64,000 nucleotides of DNA from IMG/VR virus record IMGVR_UViG_3300011116_001227; one strand, written 5' to 3'. How positions within the stretch are numbered: position 1 is the first letter of the stretch; each line of letters opens with the position of its first letter. This stretch comes from a virus (taxonomy: Duplodnaviria > Caudoviricetes). The notes below the pieces were generated by a model, which had not been told where the DNA came from, searched no databases, and saw nothing but the letters and a program-made list of their open reading frames with translations. Shown piece by piece: positions 62,205 to 64,000 of this stretch. The translations under genes were made by a program, and so were the position numbers.

Positions 62205-64000
62205 TCACTGTTGGATGTTGTTTGTTACAACGAAGTCGAGAGAGACGAATTCGATGCTCTTTGTTGGCTGAACGAAGATCTTGCCGCGGAGTGTGTTGTT
62301 CTCGATATCGTCCTGTGTTGTTGTGGAGGAGTCGATGACAACCTTGAACCTCTCGAGGCCGCTGAGAGCCTGGATTCTCTGTAGTCGAGGTGTGACAGCT
62401 GAAGAGAAGCGAGCGAGGGTTGCTTCGCGGTTTGGCTCGAACAGAATTGACTGCGCGATGTCGCGAACTTGTCGTCTGATCTCGATGAGAAGTCTTCTCA
62501 CGTTGACTCTGTCTAGAGCAGATGCAGCAACTTGAAGCGTCTTCTGTCCCCAAACCACGAGACCGGAAGCGGGATTTGTTCCACTTCTTGGTGCACCTGG
62601 GAAGGCGACGAGAGGATTGATGCTGTTGTCGTAGAGGCTGTCAAGATCGTTCTGAGTCAATCTAACGCGGGCTTCAAGCGCATCTTGTGGAAGAGCACCT
62701 CTTGTGAAGCCTGCTGGTGCGAACCATGGATGTCCCACAGCGTCGTTCAGCGAGAGAGCGCCGAGGACGACGACCGAAGGTGGAACGAACAGGTTGACTC
62801 CCTTTGGATCTGTGTAGAGAACGTCAGGGAAGTAAGCAGCAGCGAAAGAGCTGTCAACAGATCGGTTCTTGAATGCTGTTAGAGAATTTGTGACAGAAGG
62901 AAGACCGTTCTCGTCTCTGATGTTGTCACTGTTCTCGTCTTGATGTTCAATATCCATGATGAAGAGAGCATCGAATCTCTCTTCTGTAGCTTGAACAGCA
63001 GTGTCAGTGACAAGAGGCTCTCTAATGCCTGGAATTGCGAGAAGTTGAATGTCGACGTTTGTTGTGTTCTTCATGATCTCGATTGCCTTGAGATAAGAAG
63101 AAACGCTTGAACCTTCATTTAATCCGCGTCCTGCACCTGCTGTCATGTCAGCAACAACTGCAAGGTTTGTAATCTCTGCCTCTTCAGCATCGAAGATATT
63201 GACGCCGTCGAATCCACCCTGCATGAATGTTGTGAACTTAGCAAACTTCTTGTTTGTAGAAAGATCGTCGATTTTGAATGGACGAGTCTTGGCAGCATCT
63301 GTTCCAAGATTTGCTGAAAGATATCCTCCAGCTGCAGGAGCTCCGCCTCTGACGTAGACTGCCTTTGCCCATTTGTCTGGATCTGCTGCTCCTGTAGAGC
63401 CTGTCACAACTTGAACGTTCTCAAGCGTGAACAAGTTGTTGCAGAATTCATCAGAATCAAGAACGCCAAGAGCTGCTGTCGCTGCCTGACCTGAATTGCT
63501 TCCTGTGACGAAGTGAGCTTCGCCGACGACGAAATCTGGGAAGTACTTCGCGAAAGACTCAATGCTCATATTTGGAAGAATTGATCCATTCTTCTTTAGA
63601 ATTGTCTCAGGGTGTTCGAACTGCACGCCCCAGTAGAATTCCTTCTCGACCTGTTCCTTCACTGACCACTCGTCACCAGTTGTGATCTTGTGTCTAAAGG
63701 GAAGAGGAGGCGTGATTGAGTTCTTGAGGAACGAAGCTGATGTGTTTGTAACCTGAGAAAGAATTCCTGCAACAGAAGCTGGTCCTAATGCAGCAAGTGG
63801 GCTAGAACCAGAAGTCACCAAGTGGTTGACGCCTCTGAAACCTACTGGAAGTGCTGTAGGATCAACGAATCCGTTCTCGATGTCTTGGTTCATCTCGACT
63901 CGAACGTAGTTAGATTTATTTGCGTAATTACCTTCTACGACGAGCTTCTGAGATGAGAGCTCTCTATCAAAGTCATAGTAAGCGTGAAGATCGCCAATCA
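62205..64000 (-). CDS. Tail sheath protein (5'-truncated at window edge)
   Basis: GGFDG, PWFAPAG..RG, INPL..FP, VWGQKTL, ALDRVNVRRL, FEPN, PTKSIEF; frame stays open to base 64000. Confidence 0.95.
   Translation of the reverse strand, partial: IGDLHAYYDFDRELSSQKLVVEGNYANKSNYVRVEMNQDIENGFVDPTALPVGFRGVNHLVTSGSSPLAALGPASVAGILSQVTNTSASFLKNSITPPLPFRHKITTGDEWSVKEQVEKEFYWGVQFEHPETILKKNGSILPNMSIESFAKYFPDFVVGEAHFVTGSNSGQAATAALGVLDSDEFCNNLFTLENVQVVTGSTGAADPDKWAKAVYVRGGAPAAGGYLSANLGTDAAKTRPFKIDDLSTNKKFAKFTTFMQGGFDGVNIFDAEEAEITNLAVVADMTAGAGRGLNEGSSVSSYLKAIEIMKNTTNVDIQLLAIPGIREPLVTDTAVQATEERFDALFIMDIEHQDENSDNIRDENGLPSVTNSLTAFKNRSVDSSFAAAYFPDVLYTDPKGVNLFVPPSVVVLGALSLNDAVGHPWFAPAGFTRGALPQDALEARVRLTQNDLDSLYDNSINPLVAFPGAPRSGTNPASGLVVWGQKTLQVAASALDRVNVRRLLIEIRRQVRDIAQSILFEPNREATLARFSSAVTPRLQRIQALSGLERFKVVIDSSTTTQDDIENNTLRGKIFVQPTKSIEFVSLDFVVTNNIQQ

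Noticed and set aside
387-63357. Numerous plus-strand ORFs in the track (e.g. 5611..6246, 15450..15938, 30844..31347, 48507..49055, 53530..54360)
   Set aside because: They lie antisense to well-supported minus-strand genes, are Ser/Phe/Ile-rich shadows of codon bias and contain no recognisable motifs
63891-63893. Track start of the tail sheath at 63893
   Set aside because: The reading frame remains open to the window edge, so this ATG is internal
1-64000. tRNA, rRNA, CRISPR array, IS/integrase
   Set aside because: No cloverleaf, repeat-spacer array or transposase/recombinase motif found by eye; intergenic gaps are mostly under 200 nt. A tRNAscan/Infernal run would be definitive
1-64000. Alternative genetic code (stop reassignment as in some huge phages)
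   Set aside because: Long conserved genes translate intact under code 11 and end in TAA, TGA and TAG

Overview
A 64-kb segment of a large contractile-tailed (myovirus-type) bacteriophage genome of roughly 40% GC (estimated by eye), standard genetic code. Almost all genes are on the minus strand; the exceptions are a Cys-rich ORF at 22967 and a homing endonuclease at 60380. In transcription order (right to left) it holds: (1) a tail module with sheath (5'-truncated), tube, gp26/gp51-like assembly chaperones, a 1712-aa tape measure and baseplate proteins, interrupted by two free-standing homing endonucleases; (2) a T4-like replication/recombination module (minimal PolA-like protein, HD protein, gp32-like SSB, RecA, dUTPase, flap/RNase H nuclease, gp41-like helicase, class II RNR, ThyX, Tmk); (3) accessory genes (Hsp20, DNA MTase, HNH, Dps-like) and a 'fractured' guaB carried on a natural split intein with a Vsr-like endonuclease between the halves; (4) an unusual ~13-kb nucleotide cluster around an intein-containing DnaE, with a dNMP kinase fused to a truncated thymidylate-synthase-like domain bearing the cytosine-type Asp, a second divergent ThyX (Ser->Cys), an NDT/MilB-like N-glycosidase, two all-alpha NTP pyrophosphatase domains plus a HAD nucleotidase, three NDP-sugar SDR enzymes, TK and dCMP deaminase. 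This cluster is the best candidate for an undescribed base-modification pathway. (5) A late/virion-associated region with Fe/Mn SOD, holin/spanin-like membrane proteins, nitrilase, a PCD-like protein and a nucleotidyltransferase-Nudix trio. No tRNA, rRNA or CRISPR array was seen. All product calls rest on motifs recognised by eye; no database search was run.
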